NCBI GenBank assembly: GCA_964637135.1
Contig: CAZWTX010000018.1
Location: 1-47,146 of the forward strand
DNA from: an uncultured Methanospirillum sp.
Lineage (GTDB): Archaea > Halobacteriota > Methanomicrobia > Methanomicrobiales > Methanospirillaceae
DNA: 47,146 bases
Reading direction: 5' to 3'
Part shown: positions 27,285 through 39,035 of the stretch, piece after piece
Layout of the letters: each line of letters opens with the position of its first letter
Position numbering within the stretch: position 1 is the stretch's first letter
Translations under genes and position numbers: made by a program
Notes under the pieces: model-generated
The model's database searches: none
Seen by the model: the letters and a program-made list of their open reading frames with translations, nothing else
What the model was told of the DNA's origin: nothing

Positions 27285-29402
27285 TCAGATCTGGAGAGGG
27301 TCGGCACAGGCCCGGATCAGGTCTTTCCGGGAATTATTCTTCTCCTGGATCAGCCGGTCAATCATCCGGGTGAGGGTCCGCTCATCCCCTTCTCCTTCTT
27401 CGAGGAGATGGTGCAGCATCGTGATAGTCCCTGCTCCCGCGGTCCGTTCGGCGAGATAGGTACTGACCTCTTCCAGGGCCGCTGAACCGGCAGCATCGCC
27501 GGATTCAAGATATCCCCTCGCTTTCACACCGAGCCGGCGGTATACAGCCAGGATATCAGCGATTTCAGCCGGGTCAAGGAAGACGGCAGCAGAAAGGGTC
27601 TCAAGATGGTGAATTGTGGCAGATGTGGCGACTGCGATAGCCACGCAGGCGAAGATCCGGTTTACGAGGGACTCCCTGCGGATGTAGGAGGCGGCCCGGC
27701 TTTCCGGGGCGATGCGAAGGATGAGCCGCCCGATCCTCATCCTGATCCGTGAACCGGGAGCGTACCCGGAGACATCAGGGTGGTAATTGCCTGACTGGAT
27801 GAGATCCTCCCTGATAGCCGTCTGGTACTGGAGTTCGGCATAGACCGCCGGGAGAATCAGCCCTTCATCATAGAGGAGCCGGTACTGTTTCTGCTCGAAC
27901 CGGAGAGCCTCGAGCCAGAAGAGCCGTATCACGCTCTTCCGTTCCGGGTCTTTGCGGCCCTCTTCCCAGAAATCCCTGATCTCCTGCTCGGTTGCCACTG
28001 ATACCTGCCGGTGCTGCATGATCTGCCGGGTGATGACCTCCGGGGAGATGATGCCCTCAACGACCGGCTGTTCAAGGCTCTTCTCCGCAGCCCGGGACGC
28101 AATCAGGGTACTGTGAAGCTGGTGGAACCGGGCAAGCAGACGGGTCTGTCCAAGTCCCAGGGTATTGATGACACCTCCGATGGTCAGGCCCTGCACGAAT
28201 ATCGTGAAGAGCACGATCGTCACCGAGAATCCCACGATGAGATCACGGAACGGAAGAGAATGGGGAATCGAGAGGAACAGGGCAATCGCGACGGCTCCCC
28301 GGAGTCCGCCCCAGGAGCAGACGGCCTGGTAGGAGACCGGCACCCGGTGGCGGGCAAATATATTGTATACACCGAAGATCCCGAAGACCGGGACAAACCG
28401 TGCGAGCAAAACGATACCGGCCAGGACGAGTATCCCGAGTATGCCTCCCCTGATAAGGATTGAGAGATCCTGGAGCGTCGCAAGGGAGATTCCCACCAGG
28501 AGAAAGATCAGGCTGTTTGCAATAAACCCGATATACTCCCAGTATCCGTTCAGGCCCTCCCGTCTCTCCGGACCGATCCAGTCAGAGGCAGCCCGGGCAG
28601 CAAAGAATCCGCATATCACCACGGCAACCACTCCGGAAACGCCGAGTTCGTCCCCGACAAGGTAGGTGAGGTAGGCAGCGACAAGGGTTGCCGTCTGGTG
28701 GATCTGGGGGTGAAGCGGTGTTCTCCGGAGTACAGACCGGAGAATGAGCCCACCGATGATCCCGACCGCAATACCCCCGAAGAACGAGGTGAAAAGGTCG
28801 GTCATGAAGATGGATGCCGTGTCCAGAAACGAGAGCTGGTACCGCACGAGGGGAGTGCTGATCAACATGAGAACCAGTTGGAACAGGATGATGGAGGCAG
28901 CATCGTTGAGCAGGCTCTCGCCTTCCAGGAGGGTCTGAAGCCGTTTTGGAACCCCGATCTCCTTGAATATCGAGATCACCGCGACCGGGTCGGTCGAAGA
29001 GATGAGGGCACCGAAGAGGAGGGTATAGAGGAGGGGGATGGCGAAATACCAGGAGACCAGGTAGCCGATGATTCCTGCCGACAGAACCACCCCCGCGATC
29101 GCAAGCCCGAGAACCGGGAAGATATTCCGGCTGAGCAGCCGGGTATTGCAGGCGATTGCCGCTTCGAAGAGGAGTGGCGGAAGGAAAATGTAGAGGATGA
29201 CATCAGACGCCGGGAAAAACTTTCCGAGGGGGCTGAAGAGATCGACATACGGGATGACAAACGAAGAGAAGGCGTATCCCACGATGACGAGGCCAATGGT
29301 ATACGGCATCCGCAGATGCCTGAGCGTCATCGCGGCAACGATGGCGACAAGAAGCAGTGCGATGATGATGGCCTCATTGGCAATAATCAGTTCTTCGTTC
29401 AT
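27285..29402 (-). CDS. CPA1 family Na+/H+ antiporter (NhaP/NhaG-like)
   Basis: FLPPLLFEAA, STDPVAV, EGESLLND, WGGLRGAV. Confidence 0.92.
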   Translation of the reverse strand: MNEELIIANEAIIIALLLVAIVAAMTLRHLRMPYTIGLVIVGYAFSSFVIPYVDLFSPLGKFFPASDVILYIFLPPLLFEAAIACNTRLLSRNIFPVLGLAIAGVVLSAGIIGYLVSWYFAIPLLYTLLFGALISSTDPVAVISIFKEIGVPKRLQTLLEGESLLNDAASIILFQLVLMLISTPLVRYQLSFLDTASIFMTDLFTSFFGGIAVGIIGGLILRSVLRRTPLHPQIHQTATLVAAYLTYLVGDELGVSGVVAVVICGFFAARAASDWIGPERREGLNGYWEYIGFIANSLIFLLVGISLATLQDLSILIRGGILGILVLAGIVLLARFVPVFGIFGVYNIFARHRVPVSYQAVCSWGGLRGAVAIALFLSIPHSLPFRDLIVGFSVTIVLFTIFVQGLTIGGVINTLGLGQTRLLARFHQLHSTLIASRAAEKSLEQPVVEGIISPEVITRQIMQHRQVSVATEQEIRDFWEEGRKDPERKSVIRLFWLEALRFEQKQYRLLYDEGLILPAVYAELQYQTAIREDLIQSGNYHPDVSGYAPGSRIRMRIGRLILRIAPESRAASYIRRESLVNRIFACVAIAVATSATIHHLETLSAAVFLDPAEIADILAVYRRLGVKARGYLESGDAAGSAALEEVSTYLAERTAGAGTITMLHHLLEEGEGDERTLTRMIDRLIQEKNNSRKDLIRACADPLQI

Positions 29403-29720
29403 CTGGTCAGACTCCGGGGATCTATTGGAACCGGGAGGTTATGAGAGGGCTGGTTCATCTGGTTCTGCCATTCAGTCCACCGGGCCGGTGCCATCACCGG
29501 CTGCGGGCTGGGAATAGTACATCTGGGCAGGCACGCCATGAACCAGCCCAATAGATCACCGGTACAATGGGAACGGAGAGACGGGATTCATCCTATCCCC
29601 TCCCTGATTTCACGAATTTCCCCGGGTAATCAGCGGTATCCTGATGATGAGATGAATACCCCCTCTCCTCATATACCACCAGAACCATCTGGTTAGTATT
29701 GAACAGAGGCAGCGAACAGG

Positions 29721-30719
29721 ATGAACGGGGAAGAGATCATAATCGTCGAGCATCTAACCAAGGTTTTTTCCGGAAAAAAACCGGTGACGGCCGTTGATGA
29801 TATCTCCCTCAGGGTGAATAAGGGGGAAATTTTCGGACTTCTCGGGCCGAACGGGGCAGGAAAGAGCACCCTCATCCGGATCCTCACGACCCTTCTTGTT
29901 CCGACATCAGGCCGTGCTGTTGTGGGTTCTTTCGATGTTACGACCCGGCCGGAGGAGATCCGTCGGATCATCGGGGTCTGTCCGCAGAACAGCACCCTCG
30001 ATCTCGAACTCACCGCATATGACAACCTCGACTTCTACGGGAAACTCACCGATGTTCCTGAAGAACGCCTGCCTCGCCGGATCAGCGAACTTCTTGCCAT
30101 GACCGGGCTTGCCGACCGGGCACATGTCCCGGTTTCCACCTTCTCCGGCGGAATGAAGCGGAAACTGGAGATCGTCCGGGCGTTCATTCACCAGCCGCTC
30201 ATCCTCTTCCTTGACGAACCGACGATCGGACTGGATCCAGAGTCACGGCGGGAGGTATGGAACCAGATCCTGAGCCTGAATAATGAAGAGACCACCATCA
30301 TTCTGACCACCCATTACATGGATGAGGCAGATACACTCTGCAGCCGCGTCGCATTCGTTGATAACGGCTCCCTTATCGCCCTTGACAGCCCGGTGAACCT
30401 GAAACATTCACTCTCGATAGGAGATCTCATCGAGATCGGGGTGGAAGATCCGGACACCCGTCTGACTGCATCCATCCGGGATATCAGCGGTGTTCATGCC
30501 GTCGAGCAGAAAGGGAACCGAATCATTGTTTCAACCCACGACGGAAGCAGAATCCTTCCTGACCTGCTCGCCCGGTTCGAGATTGCCGGCGTGTCGATGA
30601 CCTCGATCTCAATACGGACTCCTTCGCTCGAGGATGTCTTCATCTCGCTGACCGGCCGGAACCTCACGACCGGCGGGACCGGTCCCGATACCGGACACTC
30701 CGGGAGGAGTGCGGGATGA
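29721..30719 (+). CDS. ABC exporter ATP-binding subunit (DrrA-like)
   Basis: GPNGAGKS, FSGGM, LFLDEPT, TTHYM. Confidence 0.95.
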   Translation: MNGEEIIIVEHLTKVFSGKKPVTAVDDISLRVNKGEIFGLLGPNGAGKSTLIRILTTLLVPTSGRAVVGSFDVTTRPEEIRRIIGVCPQNSTLDLELTAYDNLDFYGKLTDVPEERLPRRISELLAMTGLADRAHVPVSTFSGGMKRKLEIVRAFIHQPLILFLDEPTIGLDPESRREVWNQILSLNNEETTIILTTHYMDEADTLCSRVAFVDNGSLIALDSPVNLKHSLSIGDLIEIGVEDPDTRLTASIRDISGVHAVEQKGNRIIVSTHDGSRILPDLLARFEIAGVSMTSISIRTPSLEDVFISLTGRNLTTGGTGPDTGHSGRSAG

Positions 30720-31804
30720 TCCGGGGAGCGGTTGCGATATTCAGGCGGGATTTCAAGAAGTTCCTGAGCAATCCCTTTGCTATCCTGATGACCCTCTTCA
30801 TGCCGATCATGTACCTGATCGTGTTTGGAAACGCTATGGGAGGAACGATATCCCATATCCCGGTCGGAATTGTCCAGGACACGCCGTATATCGAACCGAC
30901 GCCTCTCTTTGACTCGGTTGAACAGACACTGCGATATTACAACTCCACAAAATCGTCCCGTATCATCGATCTCACGGTGTACTCGGATGAACAGACCGCA
31001 AAGAACGATCTCGCGTCCGGCAGGATCATGGGAGTGATCATCATTCCCTCAGAGATATCGCGAAACGGGATGATCCGGCTTTACGAGGATAGTTCCGAGT
31101 ATGTCATCCCGGGAATCATTGAGGCAGCGGTCCGCTCGGCCGTGGGTGCGGCTCGGGCAGGAAATCCTATCCATATCGAGAAGATATACGGGGATATCGA
31201 GTACATCCAGTTCTTCGGGGTCGGGGTGATCGTGATGGCAATCTTCATGACCACGATGATGGGTGGCGGGATTGCCCTGATCCGGGACCGGGAAATGGGA
31301 ATCATCGAGGGATATCTTGTCACCCCGGTCAGGCGTTCAAGCATTATCCTTGGGATGATCGGGAGCGGGACGATTCGGGCATTTCTTGCCGGTACGATCA
31401 TCTTCATAGTAGCAGTGCTCCTGACCGGTATCGTGATCCGGGATCCGGTCAGTTATCTTCTGGTCTTTCTCGTTATCGGGGTCTCCAGTCTTGGTATCAC
31501 AAGCCTGATGGTCTCGTTTGCCTCCCGGTTCGCGAATCAGCAGGAATACGCTGCCAGTTCGGCTTTCATTAACCTCCTCCTCTTCATGACAAGTGGGGCG
31601 TTCTACCCGATCATGGGAATGCCTGACTGGCTCCGGTGGATTACCGTAATCAACCCGGAGGCATACGCCGTCCATGCCCTCCGGAGCATCATTCTCCGGG
31701 ACCAGGGACTGGCGATCATCGGCATGGATCTTGCGGCATTGTGTCTTTTCACCGGGCTGATGGTGGTGATCGGCGTCTCGACGTACCGCCGGACGCTCGA
31801 ATGA
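30716..31804 (+). CDS. ABC-2 type permease
   Basis: DREMG...LVTPV, SGAFYP..MPDWL...NP; ATGA overlap. Confidence 0.93.
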   Translation: MIRGAVAIFRRDFKKFLSNPFAILMTLFMPIMYLIVFGNAMGGTISHIPVGIVQDTPYIEPTPLFDSVEQTLRYYNSTKSSRIIDLTVYSDEQTAKNDLASGRIMGVIIIPSEISRNGMIRLYEDSSEYVIPGIIEAAVRSAVGAARAGNPIHIEKIYGDIEYIQFFGVGVIVMAIFMTTMMGGGIALIRDREMGIIEGYLVTPVRRSSIILGMIGSGTIRAFLAGTIIFIVAVLLTGIVIRDPVSYLLVFLVIGVSSLGITSLMVSFASRFANQQEYAASSAFINLLLFMTSGAFYPIMGMPDWLRWITVINPEAYAVHALRSIILRDQGLAIIGMDLAALCLFTGLMVVIGVSTYRRTLE

Positions 31805-32070
31805 AATACCCGACATTCCTCCTTTTCCGGCCGATGCCGGTGATGACATCCCCCCGGCCTTCACAACAGGGCTGATAGAAGGAAAGAGGTGGGGAAAGCC
31901 GGAACTTACCCGGGAACAGTTGTTAGCACCATCCAGTGATGTCAACACTGGTTATTTCCGGTTACTCCTGATTAAACAGACCATGCTCCGTGATATCATA
32001 TCGCAAGCCTCATGAGCATATTAATCACAATTTTATCTATAGATTTTTCTTCTTTAATCCGGAGAATGAC

Positions 32071-34641
32071 ATGAGCGGGGAAAACACGAATAAACTACCT
32101 GGAATTGCCCAATACGACCAGAAACCCGTTGATTTCCGGGTGTCTGATACTGCCCGGGATGAGGTATCCCGACCCATCCAGGGGATATACAGCCAGGACA
32201 GCCTCACACTCGCAACCATCATTGATGCAATACCCTTCGCCGTCCAAATCCTCGACCAAAAAGGGATATTCCTCGATTGTAACCGAAAAACGTTCGAACT
32301 ATGTGGCGTGGATAGCGTACCCGAGATCATTGGAGAATCAATCGGGAATTTCATCCCCGAAATGCAACCTGAGGGGAAAAAAATCCCCCAACCGGTATTG
32401 AAACAGGTATCAGAGGCATTCTCAGGAGGAACACATACCTGTACCGGGATGATCCGACGAAAAACAGGAGAAACGGTCCCGGTCAGGGTGACCATGGAAC
32501 CGCTCCAGTACGAGGGGGAAGCCTGTCTGCTCGTCACCGAAACCGATACCACCGGGGAAGTTGCCGCGAAACATGATATGAAGACGTTCCTCGAAGAGAT
32601 CCCCCTCTCGGTCCTGACCGTCTCTCCGGATATCGAGATCGTTGCATTCAACCCGGCATACCTCACGATAACGGAATTAACCCGGGAAGAGGCAGAAACC
32701 ACGAGCTTTGCCGATTATAAGATCTACAGCAGGGAAGGGGGAAGCATCCAGGATGCAAAAACCCTGAAAAAAACCATACGGGGCCGTTTTGTCTGCGATT
32801 ATGGTAAATGCATAAAAAACCTGGAATACACGTATATCCCGATTCTTGACACAATGGGCGAGGTGGTCAAGATCTACCATGTCATGCAGGATCTGACCGA
32901 GGTGCTCAACAGGATACATGAGTTCGATTCCCTGGTCACAGAGAGCCCCATCGGGATCCTTACCATGGACCCGTCAACGAGGATCCTCTCGGCAAATAAC
33001 GCGTTCCTTGAAATTTCCGGCCTGTCAGCGGCAGAAGTCACATCCCGGCATATCTCTGACTTTACCATCATCTCCCGGTCAGGACCGGCGGTATCTGAAG
33101 TCCTCGCATCGAAAAAACCTGGCAGGGGAGTCCTGACCGGTACCTTTGGCAGGAATGTCCGCACGCTCGAATACAGTTACATCCCGATCATTGATATCAC
33201 CGGTGAAGTGGTACGGATCCTGACCCTGTATGCAGATAACACGGCAATATCACGAAATATCGAGTACCTGCAGCAGTCGGTTGCCCGGATATCAGAATAT
33301 ATTGAACACCTGGCCGCAGGGAATACCGCGTTCACCGCCGGGGTTATCCCTCCTGATGAATTCACCAGTGCGGCATATGAGAGCTTTCTCAGTATCACCG
33401 CGGCACTGAATCATGCAAAAGAGGCGTTTGAGCGGGTGGTTGCCAATTCACAGACACTGACAACGGCAGCCGTGGACGGAAGGCTTTCATTCAGGACAGA
33501 TCCGGCTGCCCATCAGGGCAACTTCCGCACGATCATCGAGGGAATGAACCAGACTCTTGAATATACCCTCGCTCCGGGGAAAGAGGCCATGCGGGTTTCA
33601 GGAGAGTATGCCCGGTACAATTTCACGGCACGGTTCAGTCCTTCCATCGGGATAAAAGGAGACTGGACTCTGTTTCAAAAGAGTCTTGATGATACGGGAA
33701 TTGAGATCTCTGAGGTTATCACGACCCTGACCGGAAAAGTCGTCGAGTTATCAGCCAGTATTGAAAAGGTATGTGCCAATGTCTCAGAGATATCATCAGG
33801 TGCCGATAGTGTCTCAGAAACGATGAATGCCGTCAGGGACAACAGCCGGCAGGGCAATGAATCGATCGGGCAGATTCTCAGGGCCATGGACGACCTCACC
33901 ACCACCGTGGCCGCCGTGGCACAAAAGGCTGAATCGGTCGCTTCACTCACCCAGGATGCAAACGAGGTTGCGCAGGCAGGTATGGAACTTGCCCGAAAAA
34001 CCGTGGATTCAATGTCAGATATCACCCGATCGACTGGAGAGGTCGATTGTATCGTTCAGGACATTAACACACGGATGAACGAGATCGGAAAAATTGTCCG
34101 CCTGATTTCAGACATCGCGAGTCAGACCAACCTTCTTGCCCTCAATGCGGCAATCGAGGCAGCCCGGGCAGGAGAGGCTGGTCGCGGATTTGCGGTGGTT
34201 GCCTCCGAGGTGAAGTCCCTGGCACTTGATTCGCGATCATCTGCTGAGAACATCTCCGAACTGATATCCGACCTGCAGAAGATGACCAAATCTGCCGATG
34301 GTGCGATGAAATCCTCGCTTATGACGATCAGGGAAGGGAACGCTGCCCTTGAGGATACCATGTCCGCATTCGAACAAATTGCGTCAAAGATCGAGATTAT
34401 CAGCAGGAATATCATTGATGTTGCCTCCTCTGCAGAGGAGCAGGCTGCTTCGGTGGAAGAAATAACGGCAAGCATGCAGGAAGTCTCACTCCTGACCCAT
34501 ACGAATACCGAAGGAGTGGAAGAGACCTCATGTACGCTTGATCAGACCACGAAAGCACTCAACCGGATTAATAAGGAGATAACCCTGCTGGTCGGCATTG
34601 CTGACGGGGTCAATGGCGAGGTTGAACAATTCCGGGTATGA
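32071..34641 (+). CDS. Soluble multi-PAS methyl-accepting chemotaxis protein
   Basis: About three PAS-like repeats, no TM segment, [30 protein letters not shown]. Confidence 0.93.
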   Translation: MSGENTNKLPGIAQYDQKPVDFRVSDTARDEVSRPIQGIYSQDSLTLATIIDAIPFAVQILDQKGIFLDCNRKTFELCGVDSVPEIIGESIGNFIPEMQPEGKKIPQPVLKQVSEAFSGGTHTCTGMIRRKTGETVPVRVTMEPLQYEGEACLLVTETDTTGEVAAKHDMKTFLEEIPLSVLTVSPDIEIVAFNPAYLTITELTREEAETTSFADYKIYSREGGSIQDAKTLKKTIRGRFVCDYGKCIKNLEYTYIPILDTMGEVVKIYHVMQDLTEVLNRIHEFDSLVTESPIGILTMDPSTRILSANNAFLEISGLSAAEVTSRHISDFTIISRSGPAVSEVLASKKPGRGVLTGTFGRNVRTLEYSYIPIIDITGEVVRILTLYADNTAISRNIEYLQQSVARISEYIEHLAAGNTAFTAGVIPPDEFTSAAYESFLSITAALNHAKEAFERVVANSQTLTTAAVDGRLSFRTDPAAHQGNFRTIIEGMNQTLEYTLAPGKEAMRVSGEYARYNFTARFSPSIGIKGDWTLFQKSLDDTGIEISEVITTLTGKVVELSASIEKVCANVSEISSGADSVSETMNAVRDNSRQGNESIGQILRAMDDLTTTVAAVAQKAESVASLTQDANEVAQAGMELARKTVDSMSDITRSTGEVDCIVQDINTRMNEIGKIVRLISDIASQTNLLALNAAIEAARAGEAGRGFAVVASEVKSLALDSRSSAENISELISDLQKMTKSADGAMKSSLMTIREGNAALEDTMSAFEQIASKIEIISRNIIDVASSAEEQAASVEEITASMQEVSLLTHTNTEGVEETSCTLDQTTKALNRINKEITLLVGIADGVNGEVEQFRV

Positions 34642-34663
34642 GGGTTTAGGGAGGAAAAGCCGG

Positions 34664-36055
34664 TCACCGGCGATCCCTGAGCACCGGACTCTCCTGAAAG
34701 ACCCGGGCGTATGACCGGATCATGTAATCCTTCAAGACCGGCCGAACCTTCTTCTGTACGGAGGGAATCGCCATCAAGAGGGAGAAGAAGAACCGGTGAA
34801 CCCGTTTGCGGTACTGGTACTGGGGAAAGTCATACAGGCCGTGGGCCCTGAAATATCGGTGATCTGCCCGGAATATCGGCCTGAGATCGCTCCAGATAAC
34901 ATCCCTGAGCACCACCCGACCGGCTATGGCGGGGAACATCGGGGGGCGGGAATACCCGGATACCCGGTACCTGACTGCCTTTTCAGCCACCGACCGGATG
35001 AGGGCATCGATCTGCGATGGATCTTCCGGCTCGGTGGTGACGATATCCACGAGGTGTCCCCCGGACAGGATGTTCGAGAGGTTCTCCCGGAGGCCGGGAA
35101 CCGATCCAAGCGGACCGTCTACGAGGAAGAATACCTGTTTCCCGGCAAACCGGGGGATATGCCCGAGGAAGAAACTCCGGTCAAAAAACTGTTTCCAGGC
35201 TGCTGAGAGGTACCGATCCCTGATCGTCCCGGCAAAAATGATGATCCCGGCAGGTTCAACCTCTTCTTTCCAGAACGTGACATAATTGTCCGCGTAGACA
35301 CATTTATTCGCAAATGCACACTGGACACACCCGAGACAACCGCCGTTCATCCCGATCATGTCAAGATGGAAGACCTTTGCACCGGGGAGAATCTGTGCTG
35401 CCTGCCTGACCATCCCATCCAGGGACGATGCAGGGGCAGCGTCATGAAGGACCAGTACGTGCGTTCCCCGGCTGTCGACCGGTTCCAAGACTTTCCCGGG
35501 CCGGTATGAATACGAAACCCCCGGGACCGGTGGATATGCCCGGAACGCCGGCCGGCGCTCCCGGCAGGCCGCGATGATATCATCACCAAAGAGAACGAGC
35601 TGCCGCTGGTTCTCTTCGCGGAGGAGATCTTCCATCCCGGCGGAGAACGAGCCGGCATAGGCCATCGAGAGATCCCCGCTGATCCCTTCGAGGTATTCGT
35701 GTGCCTTCTGGTCGAAGAAGTGAACCGAGGTGGTAAGAGACGCTGCGTACTTCCCTGAAAAGAACCGGGTTGCCTCCCGTTCAGATATGAGTTCGATAAA
35801 CCGTTTGTATTGTGACGGAACGTGCATGAAATACACGGGAGTTGCCCAGAGGATGAGATCACTCGCCTGTATCGCCATGCATATCTCGTCCCATGCTTCA
35901 GGATTCTTTTCAAGCCGGGAGATCGTGTTTCCGGCATGATATACGACGAACGTATGATCCGGGTTTGCCTTTTGAAGAAACCGGACATACTGCATGGTCA
36001 CGCTCGTCTCCCCTTTCGGGCTCCCGTTGAGGACACAGATCTGCATCCTACTCAT
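34664..36055 (-). CDS. Two-domain flavodoxin-like NAD(P)H-dependent FMN reductase / iron-sulfur flavoprotein
   Basis: NGSPKG, ATPVY, CLGCVQCAFANKC in the second domain. Confidence 0.85.
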   Translation of the reverse strand: MSRMQICVLNGSPKGETSVTMQYVRFLQKANPDHTFVVYHAGNTISRLEKNPEAWDEICMAIQASDLILWATPVYFMHVPSQYKRFIELISEREATRFFSGKYAASLTTSVHFFDQKAHEYLEGISGDLSMAYAGSFSAGMEDLLREENQRQLVLFGDDIIAACRERRPAFRAYPPVPGVSYSYRPGKVLEPVDSRGTHVLVLHDAAPASSLDGMVRQAAQILPGAKVFHLDMIGMNGGCLGCVQCAFANKCVYADNYVTFWKEEVEPAGIIIFAGTIRDRYLSAAWKQFFDRSFFLGHIPRFAGKQVFFLVDGPLGSVPGLRENLSNILSGGHLVDIVTTEPEDPSQIDALIRSVAEKAVRYRVSGYSRPPMFPAIAGRVVLRDVIWSDLRPIFRADHRYFRAHGLYDFPQYQYRKRVHRFFFSLLMAIPSVQKKVRPVLKDYMIRSYARVFQESPVLRDRR

Positions 36056-36332
36056 CCCCGTCAGGATCGACCGGTTTCTCTCCGAACATCTTCAGCATCT
36101 TCATGGCTAACGAGTGAAATTTATCTGCTTTCACGAGTGCTATTCCCCGTTTCTCGTCACCAAGGACCATGAGGGTGTCCCCGGGACTAATCGCAAAGAT
36201 CTCCCGTGCCTCCTTTGGTATGACAATCTGGCCCCGTTCTCCCACTTTTACCGTTCCGAAGATGTGTTTGCCATCTCCNNNNNNNNNNNNNNNNNNNNNN
36301 NNNNNNNNNNNNNNNNNNNACTTTTCATACAA
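36048..36332 (-). CDS. AbrB/MazE/SpoVT family DNA-binding protein (5' end crosses an assembly gap)
   Basis: GTVKVGERGQIVIPKEAREIF..PGD. Confidence 0.85.
   Translation of the reverse strand: MYEKXXXXXXXXXXXXXXGDGKHIFGTVKVGERGQIVIPKEAREIFAISPGDTLMVLGDEKRGIALVKADKFHSLAMKMLKMFGEKPVDPDGDE
36279..36319. other. Assembly gap (41 N)
   Basis: Run of n characters. Confidence 1.
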
Positions 36333-36484
36333 GTATGAATTTCAGAGATATAATCTCTCCCAGAGTATCATTCTTCAGAACCATGCCGGAAAGGAGATGC
36401 CTTCCCGTTTCGATCATCCCGGAAAAGGGCCCCATTCACGCATGGTGGCTTTCGACAGGGCGAATACCGGTTCCCGGATAATCC

Positions 36485-38761
36485 TCAACATCCGCACGGG
36501 GAGATACGACAGGCATTCGGCGGAACGATCAGTTCAAACCGGGCTCCTTTTCCGGGTTCACCCGTTTCACGAATGGATATCCCCGTGATCAAGAGGATCT
36601 CACGGGAGAAAAAAAGGCCAAACCCGGTATGCTTCCCATACCCCCGGGTGAATAACCGGGTCTTCTCTTCCTGGCCAATTCCGACGCCGTCATCTTCTAT
36701 GGTGATGATGCAGGTTCCCTCCTCCTGGCGATCAGTGACCCGGATGTAGGTGAGCTGTTCACCCCCGTGCCTGATAGCATTCTCAAGAAGGTTGAAAAAA
36801 ACCCGGAACAGGAGGGGATCCGCATAGATCTCAAGGCCGGTAGTGCCGGTATACGTGATCCTGATATCGTTCCCCGGCAGGTCAGATGCCACTTCCTGCA
36901 CGAGGTCACGGATATTCGTCCATACCGGTGCATTGACTCCAAGATTTTCGTAATCCCGGGTGAATGTCACGAGCCGGATCATGGTATCGATGATTGTCTT
37001 CTCTACCTCGATCAAGGTAGCCAATTCAGCCGGATCATCCAGTGATCGCTCGCTCAACCGGGCAAATGAATCAAGGGCCGTCAGCTGGTTGCCAATATCG
37101 TGCCGGTTGATCCCGGTCAGGAGATTGAGTTTCTTGTTTGCCAGTTTCAAGGCATCCTCGGCCTGCTTTCGTTCGGTAGTATCGTCAAGAATGATGAGAG
37201 CACCTGGCTCAAACCGGTCCCCGGCGAGGGAGGAGATATAGCCCCGGTAATACACGGTTTTTCCCCAGAACGACTCATATTCCATCTCGAAGAGATCAGT
37301 TGGGGAACTACTTGCAAGGGATTGTTCCAGGGCGTTACTAAACCCGGATGAGACCAGGGGGGGGAATGTAAGGAGGTTTATCTGCCGGGTAACTGCCTCT
37401 GAAGGGGAACCGAGCATTTTGAGCATCTTCGGGTTGATAAAGGTGATATTCCCGTGCCGATCACAGGTGATGATCCCGATCGGGGCATTCTCGGCAAGGG
37501 TCCGGTACCGCTCCTCGCTTGCATGAAGGGCAAGGACGGAGGTCCTCCGTTCATCCTCGATGGCAATTGCTTTTGCGAGAATCGTGATGATTACAAGATC
37601 CTGGGGGGTGGGGTTACAGGGCTCTGCGTACGTCACGCTCAGGGATCCAAGAACCCGCTCTCCGATCTTCACGGGAACCCCGATGTACCCCCGGTGCTGG
37701 AACTTCCGGACGTATGGATCCGTCTCTGCATACCCGGACTGCAGAAGATCTGGGATGATCGTCGGGGCAATCCCCCCGGCACTGATGACATCATTGCAGA
37801 CATGACCGTCAGGCCGATCTCGTACCGGGTGATCAGGCGGGGTATTCCAGGTACCGAGCGAGCAGAGCAGGCCGTCTTCAAGCCGGTTGTACACAGCACG
37901 TTTTCCGCCGAGCATCTCCCCGGCCACCCTCGTCAGGACATTGATATTATGAAGGGGATCAGGACTGAATGCAAGGAATGCGGTGTTGAGCCCTGATATT
38001 CTCCCTTCAATGATTCTGCGTTCAGTGATATCCTGGTTTGCCCCGAACACCTTCACGAGGGTTCCCCGGTCATCCAGAATCGGCCTTCTCCGGACGACAA
38101 TCTGCCTCACCTCCCCGTCCCGCCGGATGATCCGGTGTTCAACCTGGGGGACCAGGAAAGATGAGCCTTCAAGCGAATTGCTGATCTCGCTTGAGACGAT
38201 ACCGGTATCGTCAGGGTGAACGAATTCGTGCATGTACTCCTCTGCCGGCATCCGGGTTCCTCCCTCCCGTTCGGCAGAGGTACCGTACAGGGAATAGAAC
38301 CGGTCATCAAAGGAAAAAATCCCGGTAGCGATATCAAGCTCCCAGTTTGCCAGCTGTGCCAGTTCCATGGCATTCGCCATCTTCTCCCTGCCTTCCCGAA
38401 GAGCTGTCTCTCCCTTCTTCCGGGAGGTGATGTCGATGAGAACCCCGACATACCGGTCTGGTTCCTGGAGCGGATCGAGTTTCAGGATGACATCCGATAT
38501 CTCTCCTGAACCGGCGATAAACCTGAATTCACAGGAAAAATCACGAAATCCCGCACCTCCCGGATCCGGAAGACCGGCGGCCACCTGCTCCCGGTCGTCA
38601 GGGTGGATAAAGTCAGTCCATTTCTTCTTTCCTTCGATATCATCACGGGAGAGCCCGGAGAACGTGATGAACCTGCGGTTTGCATGGAGGATTATCGCAT
38701 CCGCTCCGGAGATGAACAGTTCTATGCCGGCATTTTCAAAGAGAGACCGGTATTGTTCCAT
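36485..38761 (-). CDS. PAS/PAC-GAF sensor histidine kinase
   Basis: IHPDD/VHPDD PAS-PAC repeats, GAF segment, RHDIGNQL, NLLENAIRHG, EDDGVGI, GFGLF. Confidence 0.93.
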   Translation of the reverse strand: MEQYRSLFENAGIELFISGADAIILHANRRFITFSGLSRDDIEGKKKWTDFIHPDDREQVAAGLPDPGGAGFRDFSCEFRFIAGSGEISDVILKLDPLQEPDRYVGVLIDITSRKKGETALREGREKMANAMELAQLANWELDIATGIFSFDDRFYSLYGTSAEREGGTRMPAEEYMHEFVHPDDTGIVSSEISNSLEGSSFLVPQVEHRIIRRDGEVRQIVVRRRPILDDRGTLVKVFGANQDITERRIIEGRISGLNTAFLAFSPDPLHNINVLTRVAGEMLGGKRAVYNRLEDGLLCSLGTWNTPPDHPVRDRPDGHVCNDVISAGGIAPTIIPDLLQSGYAETDPYVRKFQHRGYIGVPVKIGERVLGSLSVTYAEPCNPTPQDLVIITILAKAIAIEDERRTSVLALHASEERYRTLAENAPIGIITCDRHGNITFINPKMLKMLGSPSEAVTRQINLLTFPPLVSSGFSNALEQSLASSSPTDLFEMEYESFWGKTVYYRGYISSLAGDRFEPGALIILDDTTERKQAEDALKLANKKLNLLTGINRHDIGNQLTALDSFARLSERSLDDPAELATLIEVEKTIIDTMIRLVTFTRDYENLGVNAPVWTNIRDLVQEVASDLPGNDIRITYTGTTGLEIYADPLLFRVFFNLLENAIRHGGEQLTYIRVTDRQEEGTCIITIEDDGVGIGQEEKTRLFTRGYGKHTGFGLFFSREILLITGISIRETGEPGKGARFELIVPPNACRISPCGC

Positions 38762-39035
38762 GATATACGGATACTCCCGGTATTACCTGGGTCCGGAATC
38801 TGCCGGGTTTCCCAGTGTACTGATACAGAACCCGGCCTGGCATTTCCATACCCCGGATGATACCTCTCATCCTGCCATCCCTTATACTTAATCCATCCGG
38901 GAGATCAATTCGGTGATTTACGGCCGGTATCAGGAAGCGTTTCCCCCTCCATCCCTGAAGGGGAGGATGGAGGATCGGGAACCTGCCGGAGAACTCGGAT
39001 ATAGGATGCGGACTCATGATCCATCAGGTATCATC

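Noticed and set aside
36048..36332. AbrB/MazE gene as an antitoxin of a TA system
   Set aside because: The neighbour is a flavoprotein, not a PIN/MazF toxin
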